Below, piece after piece: positions 28,331-36,304 of a stretch of 56,870 nt of DNA (its first letter is position 1; each line of letters starts with the position of its first letter). The position numbers were made by a program, and so were the translations under genes. The notes beneath the pieces were generated by a model that did not search any database, was not told the origin of the DNA, and saw only the letters and a list, made by a program, of their open reading frames with translations. The stretch is from Arenimonas sp. (GTDB lineage Bacteria > Pseudomonadota > Gammaproteobacteria > Xanthomonadales > Xanthomonadaceae): contig JAYUUM010000032.1 of the NCBI GenBank assembly GCA_043754555.1, positions 1-56,870 of the forward strand. Direction: 5' to 3'.

Positions 28331-28415
28331 CACTAACAATAAAGGTCACCGCCTTGAAGATATTGGCTTCCAGTTTTGCTTCCACTGCGGCGGCCCCTTG
28401 TTTTGGTTATGAGAC
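28331..28415 (+). repeat. Degenerate attC (6 nt deleted; R' GTT lost)
   Basis: cactaacaataaaggtcaccgccttgaagatattggcttccagttttgc...cccttgttttggttatgag aligns with the attC at 25268. Confidence 0.75.
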
Positions 28416-28798
28416 GCCTTGGCCGATATCGGACAGCATTGGTCAGGCATATTTATGATGTGTACCGCATAGTCACTATGCCTCCTGAAACGCTTGAGTT
28501 GTCTACATCCGCATTTTCTAGTCTTGTTAGCGGGGATCGCGCTGAGCTGGGCAAACAGCATCCCGACTTTAGCGCCGACCCCAAAAGTGTGCTTGAGAAT
28601 GCATTAGCACAATTGAAAGGGGATGAGCAGGCGCGAAGTAAATATGACAGCAACTTGTTGCTACTGGTCCACGGAACTTCAGGCCAACGTTTGATGATGC
28701 GTTCGTCAGCTTCGAGAGAACTGCAAAAACACTACTTGGCACGATTTCTTGATACATCAAAATTTGTCGCACCCAATACTTTGCCTTCAAGTAATTAG
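28416..28798 (+). pseudogene. C-terminal fragment of an AbiEii-like nucleotidyltransferase
   Basis: ALVRHIYDV fits the RHxYD motif of AbiEii family C-termini; N-terminal domain missing. Confidence 0.55.
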
Positions 28799-28927
28799 CA
28801 GTATGGCGAGACCCCTAGTCAGATTCCCAACTAGGGATGGCTCAGCCAAGTATTGAGTGTTCGCGAGGGCAGATTCGTTAACACTCCGCAAAACTGAAAT
28901 TTCGCTCTCTTACCATTTTAGCGGTTA

Positions 28928-29272
28928 TCAAACTGAGTTCGACTGCCATTGCGTGTTCTTGTATGGACGATTGCTCATATCCGTCTCGACACTGTATTGA
29001 CCCAGTGACCTCACGATATTTCCGACGGCCTGAATAGGTCGTTTCCCATCACGCTTCCATTGTCCCGAAAGCAGGGATTGCATCACCACGCCCATTTCAG
29101 GCGATGCAGCACGAAGCGGCAACAAAAGCGGGATCAGTCTTTCATAGCCGATTTGCTCATGCCCCAGGCGATTCGCGATTTCGTTGAGATGCCCGTTCTC
29201 ATAGGACCATATTTTTCCGTAGTCATGCAGCAGTCCGTAGGCAATCGCGTAGTCGCTTTGCAGGCTCTCCAT
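28928..29272 (-). pseudogene. HD-domain protein fragment
   Basis: GLLHDYGK and a later GHE; upstream part absent; opposite strand to the cassettes. Confidence 0.55.
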
Positions 29273-29297
29273 CTAATCTGAAAGTTTGCAACTACGT

Positions 29298-29506
29298 CGA
29301 TTTTACAATTTTTTATTCGCTACCTGATTGATCAGAATTTGTAGTCCGTCTAACAAAAGACTGGCAGCGCTCCACGTGAAATTAACCTTGCGCCGATTTG
29401 CACCTGTCAAGAATGACACTAAATTTACAGATATTGCAGTTGCAACGGATTGCTAATAAAAGGTAATTTTGTATTCCCCACTTTTGGGGTTAACTGCGAG
29501 TTAGAC
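29298..29506 (+). repeat. Duplicated ~210-bp attI-like element, copy 2
   Basis: Ends GGTTAAC-TGCGA-GTTAGAC; gttagaccgc is the exact complement of gcggtctaac ending the next cassette; contains CTGTCA-AGAA-TGACAC (29404-29419). Confidence 0.75.
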
Positions 29507-29518
29507 CGCAAGGAAACT

Positions 29519-29929
29519 ATGCAGCAATCCATTGCTCACATCGCTCTAGTAGTCCGAGACTACGACGAGGCTCTAGATTTCTACGTTGGTAAGCTCGGCT
29601 TTCGCGTGATCGAGGACAAATACCAACCTGAGCAAAACAAGCGCTGGGTAGTCATCTCACCGCCAGGCACTTCATGTACGTCGCTACTCCTAGCTCGTGC
29701 TTCAAATCTTGGGCAAGAAGCGTTCATTGGCAACCAAGCCGGTGGACGAGTATTTCTGTTCCTGCAAACCAATGATTTCTGGCAAAGCTACAATCACATG
29801 GTTGCCGTCGGCGTTAGCTTTATCCGGACACCTAGCGAGGAACCATATGGCACCGTGGCTGTATTTGAGGATCTGTATGGTAATCGCTGGGACCTGCTTC
29901 AATACAACGACTCTACCCCATATACTTAG
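29519..29929 (+). CDS. VOC/glyoxalase family protein (cassette)
   Basis: IAHIALVVRDYDEALDFY...YGTVAVFEDLYGNRWDL. Confidence 0.92.
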   Translation: MQQSIAHIALVVRDYDEALDFYVGKLGFRVIEDKYQPEQNKRWVVISPPGTSCTSLLLARASNLGQEAFIGNQAGGRVFLFLQTNDFWQSYNHMVAVGVSFIRTPSEEPYGTVAVFEDLYGNRWDLLQYNDSTPYT

Positions 29930-29935
29930 GCAGCG

Positions 29936-30025
29936 GTCTAACTACGCAATCAATTGGACTTCCGTGCATACATTAGATTCAAATTTCACATCGGGCGCGT
30001 CAGCCCCTTATTTTGGTTGTTAAAG
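29936..30025 (+). repeat. attC site, 90-bp subtype
   Basis: gtctaac...gttaaag. Confidence 0.9.
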
Positions 30026-30041
30026 CCCACAGGAGAGAGTA

Positions 30042-30422
30042 ATGATATTTGAACATGCAACTGCAATATTTCTGGCACTACTCACAGTTGATTCCGTGCC
30101 AACAAAGACGGATCTAGTCGCAAGAGAAATGGCAATAGAGCGCTGTACAGCAGTCGCTGTGATGCTGGCTTCTGCTTACACGGCTTATCCTGATGATGTG
30201 CAGCTCAGAACTGATCGGATCAATAAAGAGAGAGAAAAGCTTGAGGCTCGGCTCGGAACAACTGACAAACACCTCATGTCAGCCTATGTCGCACTCGCGT
30301 TCTATGACGGGAAACGCATTGCAGGTGTCATTCCTAAGAACGAACCAATCGATGGATTATATCTCGCGGCTGAGGGAGCCGCTAACTGCATGGCAAGGAC
30401 TTTTGATCGCGGTGCGCTCTAA
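30042..30422 (+). CDS. Hypothetical cassette protein
   Basis: AGGAG RBS; stop within the R'' box; two Cys. Confidence 0.72.
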   Translation: MIFEHATAIFLALLTVDSVPTKTDLVAREMAIERCTAVAVMLASAYTAYPDDVQLRTDRINKEREKLEARLGTTDKHLMSAYVALAFYDGKRIAGVIPKNEPIDGLYLAAEGAANCMARTFDRGAL

Positions 30423-30509
30423 CTACGCAATCAAGGGGACCTCCGTTGAAACATGGCATTCAAGCGAGTTATCATCCGGCGCGTCGGTCCCTTATCTTGG
30501 TTGTTAGGT
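30417..30509 (+). repeat. attC site, 93-bp subtype
   Basis: ctctaac...gttaggt. Confidence 0.92.
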
Positions 30510-30524
30510 CCCAAAGGAAGCCAA

Positions 30525-30893
30525 ATGCAAACGGTAAAAGGCACATGTCATTGCAATGCAGTGGAGTTTGAAGTTGATCTTATCAACGGGCATGAAAACA
30601 TTCGTCGCTGTAACTGTTCTATCTGCAGTAGAAAAGGTGCGATCATGGCGGGAGTAACACTTGATCGTCTACGTGTTACCCGTGGTTTAGACAAATTGAG
30701 TTTGTACCAGTGGAATACCAAGATCGCAAAACACTACTTTTGCAGCATTTGTGGTATTTACACACATCACCAACGCCGCAGTGTGCCTAATGAGTATGGC
30801 TACAACCTTGCCTGCATAGAAGGAATTGATCTTTCCGCCATCTCTGTTATCGGCTCAAGTGACGGCGCGTCACAGACCCGTGTTGTGCCCTAA
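30525..30893 (+). CDS. GFA (Mss4-like, glutathione-dependent formaldehyde-activating) family protein
   Basis: GTCHC, CNCSIC, HYFCSICG and NLAC. Confidence 0.9.
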   Translation: MQTVKGTCHCNAVEFEVDLINGHENIRRCNCSICSRKGAIMAGVTLDRLRVTRGLDKLSLYQWNTKIAKHYFCSICGIYTHHQRRSVPNEYGYNLACIEGIDLSAISVIGSSDGASQTRVVP

Positions 30894-30980
30894 CTACGCA
30901 ATCAAGGGAACCTCCGTGGAAACATTGCATTCAAGCGAGTTATCATCCGGCGCGTCTGTCCCTTATCTTGGTTGTTAGGC
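30888..30980 (+). repeat. attC site, 93-bp subtype
   Basis: ccctaac...gttaggc. Confidence 0.92.
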
Positions 30981-30995
30981 CTCATGGAGAGTTTC

Positions 30996-31421
30996 GTGGC
31001 TACTGAGATCAAAACTGCGCAAAGTCGCGACGATATCGCACTTTGCTATGCCATCCTTGCTGAGCTAAGGCCACATCTTAGAGAAATGGATTTCGTCACA
31101 ACCATCAAACGCCTATCTAAGAGCACTGGATTCAAGCTTGCCTATCTAATTGACGGAGATGTTAAGGCTGTTGCAGGATACAGAGTGTCCGAATGGCTTC
31201 ATTCCGGAAAGTATTTGGAGATTGAAGATTTCATTACCAACAGCACGGACAGATCAAAGGGCTACGGTCGTCAGCTCTTCGACTGGCTGGTCGCTCAAGC
31301 CAGACTTGAGGGTTGCTGCCAGTTGCGTCTTGTGTCCGGCGTTAAGCGCACAGACGCGCACAGATTCTATGCGAGGCAAGGGATGGTGCACGAGGCCCAA
31401 TATTTCTCGCTCAACCTGTAG
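30996..31421 (+). CDS. GNAT N-acetyltransferase (cassette)
   Basis: LRPHL, RSKGYG and SGVKRTDAHRFY; GTG start after GGAG (ATG 30984 is an alternative). Confidence 0.88.
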   Translation: MATEIKTAQSRDDIALCYAILAELRPHLREMDFVTTIKRLSKSTGFKLAYLIDGDVKAVAGYRVSEWLHSGKYLEIEDFITNSTDRSKGYGRQLFDWLVAQARLEGCCQLRLVSGVKRTDAHRFYARQGMVHEAQYFSLNL

Positions 31422-31446
31422 GGCTCGGTGGCGGCAATCGAACGAC

Positions 31447-31505
31447 GTGTAACATCTAGTCACGCCGAAGCCGCTTCGCGGCTCGGATTAATTCAGACGT
31501 CAGGA
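31447..31505 (+). repeat. Degenerate short (59-bp) attC of a different family
   Basis: gtgtaac...gccgaagccgcttcgcggctcggattaattcagac-gtcagga resembles the common 60-bp attC type; core sites mutated. Confidence 0.7.
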
Positions 31506-31514
31506 GAGCAAGCT

Positions 31515-31973
31515 GTGGACCGACCCATCTTTCATTTGTCTTTTCCGGTCTTGGACCTCGATGCGGCAAAGACCTTCTACTGCGATGTACTTGGTGCAAC
31601 CGTCGGCCGAGACAACGGTAACTAGGCAGATATCGTGCTGTTCGGGCACCAGCTCACGCTACATAACCGGCCGAGCGAGGTCTTGGCTCCTGACCAACGC
31701 GGGGTGCGCCACTTCGGCGCCATCCTGTCTTGGCAAGAGTGGGTGTCGCTAGGAGCAAAGCTACAACACAAAGGCTGCGCTTTCCTACGCCCGCCGACCA
31801 TATCGAACTCTGGCACCGACCAGGAGAATGGCAAGATGCTGCTCTGCGACCCCAGCGACAACTTCATTGAATTCAAGGCTTACCGCAATGTTGCAGCCGT
31901 GCTTGGCACTCAGCATGACTTGGCTGAGGCCCAACAATTCATTCAAGCCGAACCCGCTTCGTCGCTTCGTTGA
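31515..31973 (+). pseudogene. VOC family protein with a nonsense mutation
   Basis: IFHLSFPVLDLDAAKTFY...G(stop)ADIVLFGHQL...RHFG...DPSDNFIEFK; in-frame TAG at 31623-31625 where TGG is expected. Confidence 0.82.
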
Positions 31974-32046
31974 ACTGCTTCGTTGCTGGCGCTCCCCTCC
32001 CCTCCCGGTTCGCGCGTTGCGGGTCGGCTTAATTCAAGCGTTAGGT
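31929..32046 (+). repeat. attC site of a foreign family (118 bp)
   Basis: gcccaac-aattc-attcaagccgaacccgc...gcgggtcggcttaattcaagc-gttaggt. Confidence 0.88.
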
Positions 32047-32065
32047 CTTTCTTGGAGAGTTCTCA

Positions 32066-33211
32066 ATGGATCGTCGCAATTTCTTGAAAAGCACGGGCGT
32101 GTCGTTACTGGCAGCATCTCTGCCTGCACCAATTCTTGCTGCATCGCTTGATGAATCACTAGAGTTGGTTCTTTCCCGTATTGCCGATCAATCCCTTAAA
32201 GAAATGGCCAGCCCTGGAATCCAAATTTCCGTATGGAAGAACGGCATTCCCGTAGCAGAAGTAGTGCGTGGAGTAAGCAACCTTGAGACTGCCACTACTG
32301 TTACGTCATCCACGATTTTTCGCGCAGGCTCTATAGCCAAACAATTCACAGCAGCTCTAATTGCCAAGCTTCAGGATGAAGGCCGACTTTCAATAAATGA
32401 TAGCTTGGAGAAACACCTTGGCTTCTTCAAGGGAAAGGAAACACCGACCTTGCTTGAACTGATTCACCACACTGCGGGAGTTCATGATGAGCATGAAGAT
32501 TGCTTCTCCCAATTGCCCACCACACAATTAGAGCTTGCCAAGAACATCGCGAATCAAAAGCCCCTCTTTGACTTTCCCCCGGGATCCGCGTGGCTCTATG
32601 GCAACGCGAACTACATTTTGCTCGGCGCCGTTGTAGAGTCGGTCACAAAGCAATCGTTGGCCAAAACCGCGAGTCAACTTATATTTGAGCCATTAGGACT
32701 AACGCATACCGCGTTTGACAATCACTCCGAAGCCGTCAAGAACCGAGCCTCCGGGTACTCGGGGACTGAAATTAGCGAAACACCTTTTGTAAATGCTGAT
32801 TTCATTCCTATTGAACAGACTGGTGGTGCCGGTGCAATCAGAACAAACGCAGATGATCTGTGTCGGTGGCATCACGCTCTCCTCTACGGAACTTTTTTGT
32901 CTACTGAGGCACGCAAAGCTCTCATCGAGCCGGCGAAGCTCAAAGGTGGTAGCCCTATAGCAAAGGGCAGATTCAACCCAAACGACAACAACATGGGGGA
33001 AACTAGTTATGGCTACGGACTCATGCTGGATCGCTCAACGAAGAATCATGGAGTCATTGCTATGCATAATGGATTTGTGAGCGGATTTTCAGCGTACCTA
33101 GCCACTCATGTACCATCCAGGCTTACTGTGGCTTGCATGTGCAATGCAGATCCAAGCCAAAACCTACCATTTCGGCTGCTGCGCAAAACAGTTTTCTCTA
33201 GCTACTTGTGA
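32066..33211 (+). CDS. Tat-exported serine hydrolase (beta-lactamase class C/PBP-like)
   Basis: DRRNFLK twin-arginine signal; SIAK (SxxK), YGN (YxN) and HNG. Confidence 0.9.
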   Translation: MDRRNFLKSTGVSLLAASLPAPILAASLDESLELVLSRIADQSLKEMASPGIQISVWKNGIPVAEVVRGVSNLETATTVTSSTIFRAGSIAKQFTAALIAKLQDEGRLSINDSLEKHLGFFKGKETPTLLELIHHTAGVHDEHEDCFSQLPTTQLELAKNIANQKPLFDFPPGSAWLYGNANYILLGAVVESVTKQSLAKTASQLIFEPLGLTHTAFDNHSEAVKNRASGYSGTEISETPFVNADFIPIEQTGGAGAIRTNADDLCRWHHALLYGTFLSTEARKALIEPAKLKGGSPIAKGRFNPNDNNMGETSYGYGLMLDRSTKNHGVIAMHNGFVSGFSAYLATHVPSRLTVACMCNADPSQNLPFRLLRKTVFSSYL

Positions 33212-33216
33212 GAAAA

Positions 33217-33309
33217 GCCTAACTACGCAATCAAGGGGACAGCCGTGGAAACATTAGATTCAAGCGAGTTATCATCCGGCGCGGCGGTCCCTTATTTTGG
33301 TTGTCAGGC
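33217..33309 (+). repeat. attC site, 93-bp subtype, R' mutated to GTC
   Basis: gcctaac...gtcaggc. Confidence 0.9.
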
Positions 33310-33312
33310 CTC

Positions 33313-33609
33313 ATGTGGAGCAGTATCGTGGTAAAGAAGATCTTGTGGCGCTCCCTTATCCTATTCGCGGCTTCTGTTTCTGTTGGCGCTAATGTCGCGT
33401 TTATTCTGTGGTGGCATCACATCAGCCTTGCTGAGTGCAGCAACATCAACATCATCATCTCTCACAAAAGGGAGCCTGTTGTCTGTTATCAAGAACTTTG
33501 GTTTTTCGGAGACTGGCTTTCCCTAGCTATGGTCGCATTTGTACATTTTGTTCTTTGCTTTACGGTTGCGTGGTTATGGGGCTGGGCAAAGCGCAGGTTC
33601 GCGCGCTGA
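33313..33609 (+). CDS. Small two-TM cassette protein
   Basis: Two hydrophobic helices with a Cys-pair loop; start at 33313 or 33328. Confidence 0.65.
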   Translation: MWSSIVVKKILWRSLILFAASVSVGANVAFILWWHHISLAECSNINIIISHKREPVVCYQELWFFGDWLSLAMVAFVHFVLCFTVAWLWGWAKRRFAR

Positions 33610-33610
33610 G

Positions 33611-33700
33611 GCCTTACTACGTGATCAAGGTGAGCTCCGTGGAGATACTGGTTTCTAGGTTCACATCAGGTGCGTCGGCCCGTTGTCTTGGTTGTTAGGC
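33611..33700 (+). repeat. attC site, 90-bp subtype, R'' mutated to TAC
   Basis: gccttac-tacgtgatcaaggtgag...gttaggc. Confidence 0.85.
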
Positions 33701-33960
33701 CGAGACCGCACATCAGCGTCTTTATTTTGATTGCAACGCTCATCTCGCCGAACGCTCGTATGCGTTGGTTCAAGGCACACTTCAGGATCTTCGGGAATTG
33801 GGGCTCACCTATGGGATCACTTCACTATCTTGTGAGAGCACGCAGGTGAGAACGGCGAGCCAGACGCGCTACTGTTCAACGGCACCATCGTCCACAGGGC
33901 ACTTCGTCTTGGCGGACTCTGGCGGGCGTCCTCTATCTTTCGGAGATATCTGGCTCTGAT

Positions 33961-34060
33961 GTGTTACTAGTCGTTCAAGCGCACCTTTAGCCGCCGGCGT
34001 GTTTGAGTCATAGACTGGCTTTCTCTGGCGACCCGCAGTCCGCCTAAACCGGTGTTAGGC
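33961..34060 (+). repeat. Degenerate foreign-family attC (100 bp)
   Basis: gtgttac-tagtc-gttcaagcg...cgcctaaaccggt-gttaggc. Confidence 0.6.
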
Positions 34061-34063
34061 ATT

Positions 34064-34174
34064 ATGTCGTCGGCTCTTAGTCAACCACCAATCATTGATT
34101 CTGCTCTAGTGCTAGTTTTTGCTCCCGTCAATGATGTAATTGCTTTCAAAGGTGAGATGCATCTTGATGCATAA
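34064..34174 (+). pseudogene. Truncated last cassette ORF
   Basis: ATG just after the attC gives MSSALSQPPIIDSALVLVFAPVNDVIAFKGEMHLDA, then a stop and no attC. Confidence 0.35.
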
Positions 34175-34769
34175 CAATCAGTGGCGGTCTTTATGTGAGC
34201 ATCGACGAACATCTACTCTCCAATAGTTTCAATGCCCATTCCATCTTCAATATCGACATTGTAGTGAAACGATGCTACAGGGACCTATATTTACTTTGGT
34301 ACCAATTTCTGCCAATGGTGATACGTGCGCCTTGGGATGTGCCATGGCGCATTTCTATCAAACCAGACGGTCAATAAAAAGTGCTTTCCAACGATTGCTC
34401 AGCCCGCCATAAACCGCTTAGCGCCACTTTTACAACGCTTTGCTGACAATCCAGATAACTGACTCTCTTTTGCATATATGATTGCGGACGTCTGTTTTCG
34501 TCTTTATGGGGTTTTATCAACGCCACCAATGATGCATCTATTTCACGGCATTTTTTCTCGCCATTTGTGAAGAATCGTATTGCTGACTGCCATTTTCTCT
34601 TACCCCGTTAGCAGCCGCCACACTTCTCTGAGCTTGCTGCGGAGCCCCCAAAACATGACCATGGCTGAACCCTGCTTTTTCATTCAAATCTCCGAAAGAA
34701 GCTGCGTGAAATTTCTACTTTTCACGCATTCCATTCGAGATCTACTTTCTTCGGAAACTCACTTAGATA

Positions 34770-34802
34770 GTATCACTTTTGACAGACTGTCATTTCTAAC
34801 AG
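34770..34802. promoter_or_regulatory. Tandem CTGTCA-N4-TGACAG-like sites upstream of the 2OG-Fe(II) oxygenase
   Basis: gtatca-cttt-tgacag (34770-34785) and ctgtca-tttc-taacag (34787-34802). Confidence 0.5.
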
Positions 34803-34883
34803 GTGATACAGATCAGCGATGTAAATATTGCTTTCACCAGATATTATTCCTAGTCGAATTATAAGATTTTCGGGGGTATTAGA

Positions 34884-35474
34884 ATGGTGATCACAGAAAG
34901 ACTGAAGCAAACACAAATGACACTTTTTGGGCTTAGCAAACTGGTGGTTTTCGACGATCTTCTTACAACGCATGACTTAAGCAACCTTCATCATGCCTTG
35001 CTACAAGCAGGGTATACGAAATCGGCATATGATCGAACGGATACATTTGATGTAAGTCACTGGAGTGCCGACATCGATCTGGAAATCGCTGAATCTATGC
35101 CTGTTTATGAGCCCACGATTTTTGCGTTAGAAACATTCAGGCCTGAAAATACTTACAAGCTCTATTCGGCATGTGTAAAGGCATCCAGTTATGGGGACAT
35201 GCTCTATTCCCACTTTGATTGCGAACCAGCAGCTGGAAATGTGACTGCTACCTGGTATGTTTGCGAAAAGTGGAATCACGAGTGGGGCGGTGAAACTCTA
35301 TTTTTTGATGACAATAAAGATGCTCGTGCAGTTGTGTCGCCGCGTGCAGGACGTCTTGCCGTATTTGATGGAGACATACTGCACGTTGACAGAGCCCCTA
35401 ATAGAATCTACTTCAATGCACGGTACACCCTTACACTAAAGTTTCGCTCTTTCAGTGCAAATCTAATCCAATAA
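34884..35474 (+). CDS. 2OG-Fe(II) oxygenase (prolyl-hydroxylase-like)
   Basis: HFD (HxD), WGGETLF, PRAGRLAVFDG, distal His (ILH) and RYTL. Confidence 0.85.
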   Translation: MVITERLKQTQMTLFGLSKLVVFDDLLTTHDLSNLHHALLQAGYTKSAYDRTDTFDVSHWSADIDLEIAESMPVYEPTIFALETFRPENTYKLYSACVKASSYGDMLYSHFDCEPAAGNVTATWYVCEKWNHEWGGETLFFDDNKDARAVVSPRAGRLAVFDGDILHVDRAPNRIYFNARYTLTLKFRSFSANLIQ

Positions 35475-35586
35475 ATCTATAGGCCATCCCATGCTCGCCC
35501 TCCATTTTCATCACGACGATAAATCAGCTTAAAGTTGAGTGGAAATTTCTGGGCATTAAAAAGATGACATTCAATTTCACAATTGC

Positions 35587-36294
35587 TCATGCCTTAACTC
35601 CGTATTTTGTTTTAGCTTCGAGCATGGTCCGACATTTCTCTATCGCAGATTTGTGAATTTGCGAAACTCTTCCTTTTGTAAGACCAAGCAATGATGCAAT
35701 CTCCACAAAGGGAAGATATTGTTGGTAATGCAGCTTTAATACCATTTTTTCTCGTTCCGGCAATCGTTCAATGACAGCGCCCAATAACTTATCCATCTGA
35801 TGCTTTTCTACAACCACAGAAACATCCGAGTCGCCCTCAATAAAATCAAAGGAAAGACCTGACTCAATCAGTAGACCAAGCCCGAGACCCGTCACAGCTG
35901 AGATCATGTTATCTAATGAGTCTCCCTCAGATGACACATTAAAAGTTTCAAGTCGCTCATAAAGCCTTTCTGCCGCCACATCCCTGTGCGGCGCGTCAGA
36001 AAGAAATGATCTCAAGCCATTAAAAACAGCGCCTCTTACTCGTGGCTTGGCGTACGCCATAAAATCTATACCGCGATTCTCGTCATAGCGACTCATTGCT
36101 TCTAACAAGCCAATTGTGGCGTTTTGAGCATAATCATTCCAATCCATCTGCGGGATTCGAATGCGCCGATATACTTCCCTTGCCACCGCACGAGACCATG
36201 GGACATAGCGAAAAAAAAGTTGCTGATAGGCGCATGGATCCCTGCCCGAACGATGGTCCAACCAAAGCTGCTTTTCTTCCGAAACGACAGTCAT
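35587..36294 (-). CDS. fliA: FliA/WhiG-like sigma factor
   Basis: IGLLEAMSRYD...FMAYAKPRVRGAV region 2; LPEREKMVLKLHY...EIASLLGLTKGRVSQIH region 4; last gene of the flagellar-like operon. Confidence 0.8.
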   Translation of the reverse strand: MTVVSEEKQLWLDHRSGRDPCAYQQLFFRYVPWSRAVAREVYRRIRIPQMDWNDYAQNATIGLLEAMSRYDENRGIDFMAYAKPRVRGAVFNGLRSFLSDAPHRDVAAERLYERLETFNVSSEGDSLDNMISAVTGLGLGLLIESGLSFDFIEGDSDVSVVVEKHQMDKLLGAVIERLPEREKMVLKLHYQQYLPFVEIASLLGLTKGRVSQIHKSAIEKCRTMLEAKTKYGVKA

Positions 36295-36304
36295 TCAATG
36301 GGGC

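Larger units (their letters stand above)
24872..34174 (+). mobile_element. Integron gene-cassette array 2 (no intI; about 15 cassettes or remnants)
   Basis: Repeated attC sites between co-oriented small ORFs, with cassette ends complementary to their starts. Confidence 0.9.

Noticed and set aside
31623-31625. In-frame TAG in the VOC gene as programmed readthrough
   Set aside because: A single TGG-to-TAG change in a decaying array is simpler, and no recoding machinery is seen.
646-33698. Track ORFs 646-837, 1466-1666, 27556-27798, 29697-30023, 30193-30507 and 33435-33698 as genes
   Set aside because: They are alternate frames overlapping real cassette genes and running through attC sites.
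82-34060. Recurring ~90-bp repeats as a CRISPR array
   Set aside because: The repeats are too long, are separated by whole genes, have RYYYAAC/GTTRRRY ends and no cas genes are present; they are attC sites.
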